From Lineus longissimus (Eukaryota), in NCBI RefSeq assembly GCF_910592395.1, contig NC_088312.1, forward strand, positions 2,997,858 through 3,061,857: a stretch of DNA of 64,000 nucleotides, given 5' to 3'. Of this stretch, positions 62,800 through 64,000 are shown piece by piece. The number at the start of each line of letters is the position of its first letter. The stretch's first letter is position 1. The position numbers were made by a program, and so were the translations under genes. The notes under the pieces are model-generated. The model saw nothing but the letters and a program-made list of their open reading frames with translations. It had not been told where the DNA came from and ran no database searches.

Positions 62800-63025
62800 C
62801 CACCTGGACATTTCGTTCAAGGATGGAAAACACCTTGCTGGATAGGAAATTCCGTGTACAAGAAGTCGAAATTGAAATGTTTACCAGCCTTTTATATCCC
62901 GGGGTTTCCAAAGTGTGCCACGACAGATCTGTGGTATCGGTTGAAGAAGCACCCCCAGTTGAGAGCTCTTGCGATAAGGGAAACTAATTGGTGGACCCAG
63001 GGCAGATACCGCATCAACGAAACAG
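62800..63025 (+). CDS. Sulfotransferase-like exon 2 with PAPS 5'-phosphosulfate-binding-like motif (CLPAFYIPGFPKCATTDLWYRL)
   Basis: Acceptor aaattgcag, donor ACAG|gttagc. The motif hydrophobic-P-K-c/g-(A/G)-T-T resembles the 5'-PSB loop of carbohydrate sulfotransferases. Confidence 0.55.
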
Positions 63026-63435
63026 GTTAGCACCTTTTTTTTAGTTTAGTGGGATAATTGGTTATAGAGCTTGAGAAATGTATTTCAATTCAATCAACAT
63101 AAGAAGGAGAATATGCTCGAATACAGATCTTCAAACAAAAAAAACCGGGATCCTCCGACGAAACAGAAAGTCAACTGGCCATATTACAATCAAACAGATC
63201 CGTTGTGTCCACGTTTCTTCTGGTATCTCCTTTAAGTCTTGTTGCCTCGCCAATGGTCGCCGCAGTCTGCGAGTCAATATCAAACCCAGCGGTTACTGGT
63301 TTTCCTGCAGACGAGAGATCATTTTGTCGCACATATCAGCGATTTAAATCGCAGTTTCAGCGATTTTAATCGCTCGTTTATTTGGTTTATCCGTGGTGTT
63401 CGTCATCCTTTACTGTTATAATGAATTATTTTCAG

Positions 63436-63513
63436 AGTCGCTTGGTAAATTCAGCGGGATGTTGGGGAAATCGCTGGAAAGGTGGGGAAAGGCTGCACCC
63501 AATTTGCTTCTAG
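63436..63513 (+). CDS. Sulfotransferase-like exon 3 (ESLGKFSGMLGKSLERWGKAAPNLLLG)
   Basis: Acceptor ttttcag, donor TAG|gtaagt, phase consistent with exon 2. The gene may continue beyond this point. Confidence 0.4.
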   Translation, partial: SRLVNSAGCWGNRWKGGERLHPICF

Positions 63514-64000
63514 GTAAGTGTAGACCATTGTGTCTTTTGGGACATCATGGTGATAATTGTATTTGTTCTGCCTTCCATCTCAATTTGACCTATATAGGCT
63601 ATGACATTGAGTTTAACTTCGGGTGACGCTGCAATCTACAGCGACCAGCAACTGAGCGACATTCGTCGCAGAAGCAAGAATCGGCTGTCGCCTTGTCCTG
63701 CGATCACCATCAAACGGGGGCCTCCGCACAACAGTGGTTTTTGCCTTTTAGCGTTTTTAGGTTGAGCGTTTTGACTGTCTTCACTGCCCGGCCAACAGCT
63801 TGAACGATGACAAAAAGCATTTGCTATCGTTTGCGGGACTGATGGTTCTTCCCGTGTATTTCAGCCGAAGGTTCCCCTTCGAATATGTGGATGGCACATA
63901 ACGAAATTCGGTTGTCGGAAAACACGACTGATGAGCCTTTAGCAGCCCCGAGGGTCCTGACGCCCCACCTTATCAAGACGTACACGCCTCGGGCCAAGTT

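Overview
This is eukaryotic (metazoan) nuclear DNA, about 38-40% GC, with spliced genes carrying canonical GT/AG introns; it is not a prokaryotic locus. From the sequence I can support seven protein-coding loci. (1) 147-1321 (+): the last three exons of an hnRNP Q/R (SYNCRIP-like) gene encoding its RGG/Tyr-rich C-terminus. (2) 12226-13632 (+): a complete single-exon FRS2-like FGF-receptor docking protein with an N-myristoylation start, a PTB domain and multiple pYxN sites. (3) 24292-31285 (-): a multi-exon JIP1/2-like JNK scaffold gene (MAPK8IP/Aplip1 family) with an N-terminal acidic exon, an SH3 domain split over two exons and a PID/PTB domain, and a non-LTR retrotransposon fragment in one intron. 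(4) 35481-38179 (+): a mitochondrial ATP synthase peripheral-stalk subunit b gene (ATP5PB) in 8 exons. (5) 40724-44333 (+): a secreted protein made of a signal peptide, two cadherin-like repeats and a C-terminal C-type lectin domain. (6) 48533-51596 (-): an ebony-type NRPS-like enzyme in three exons. A 2.14 kb intron-free first exon holds the whole adenylation and thiolation domains, and two small 3' exons encode a C-terminal domain of the insect-Ebony amine-selecting type. The A-domain motifs align very closely to Drosophila Ebony (beta-alanyl-biogenic-amine synthase). (7) 61636-63513 (+): a type-II-membrane carbohydrate-sulfotransferase-like gene, of which at least 3 exons lie in the window. 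The non-coding sequence is rich in repeats: a ~2.7 kb satellite block (112-bp and ~124-bp units) at 18.7-21.5 kb, a palindromic MITE family, another hairpin element, a large inverted repeat flanking poly-C tracts, short tandem arrays inside introns, and several 14-22 nt G or C homopolymers. The ebony-like NRPS gene is the most notable item. No rRNA, bona fide tRNA or CRISPR array is present.
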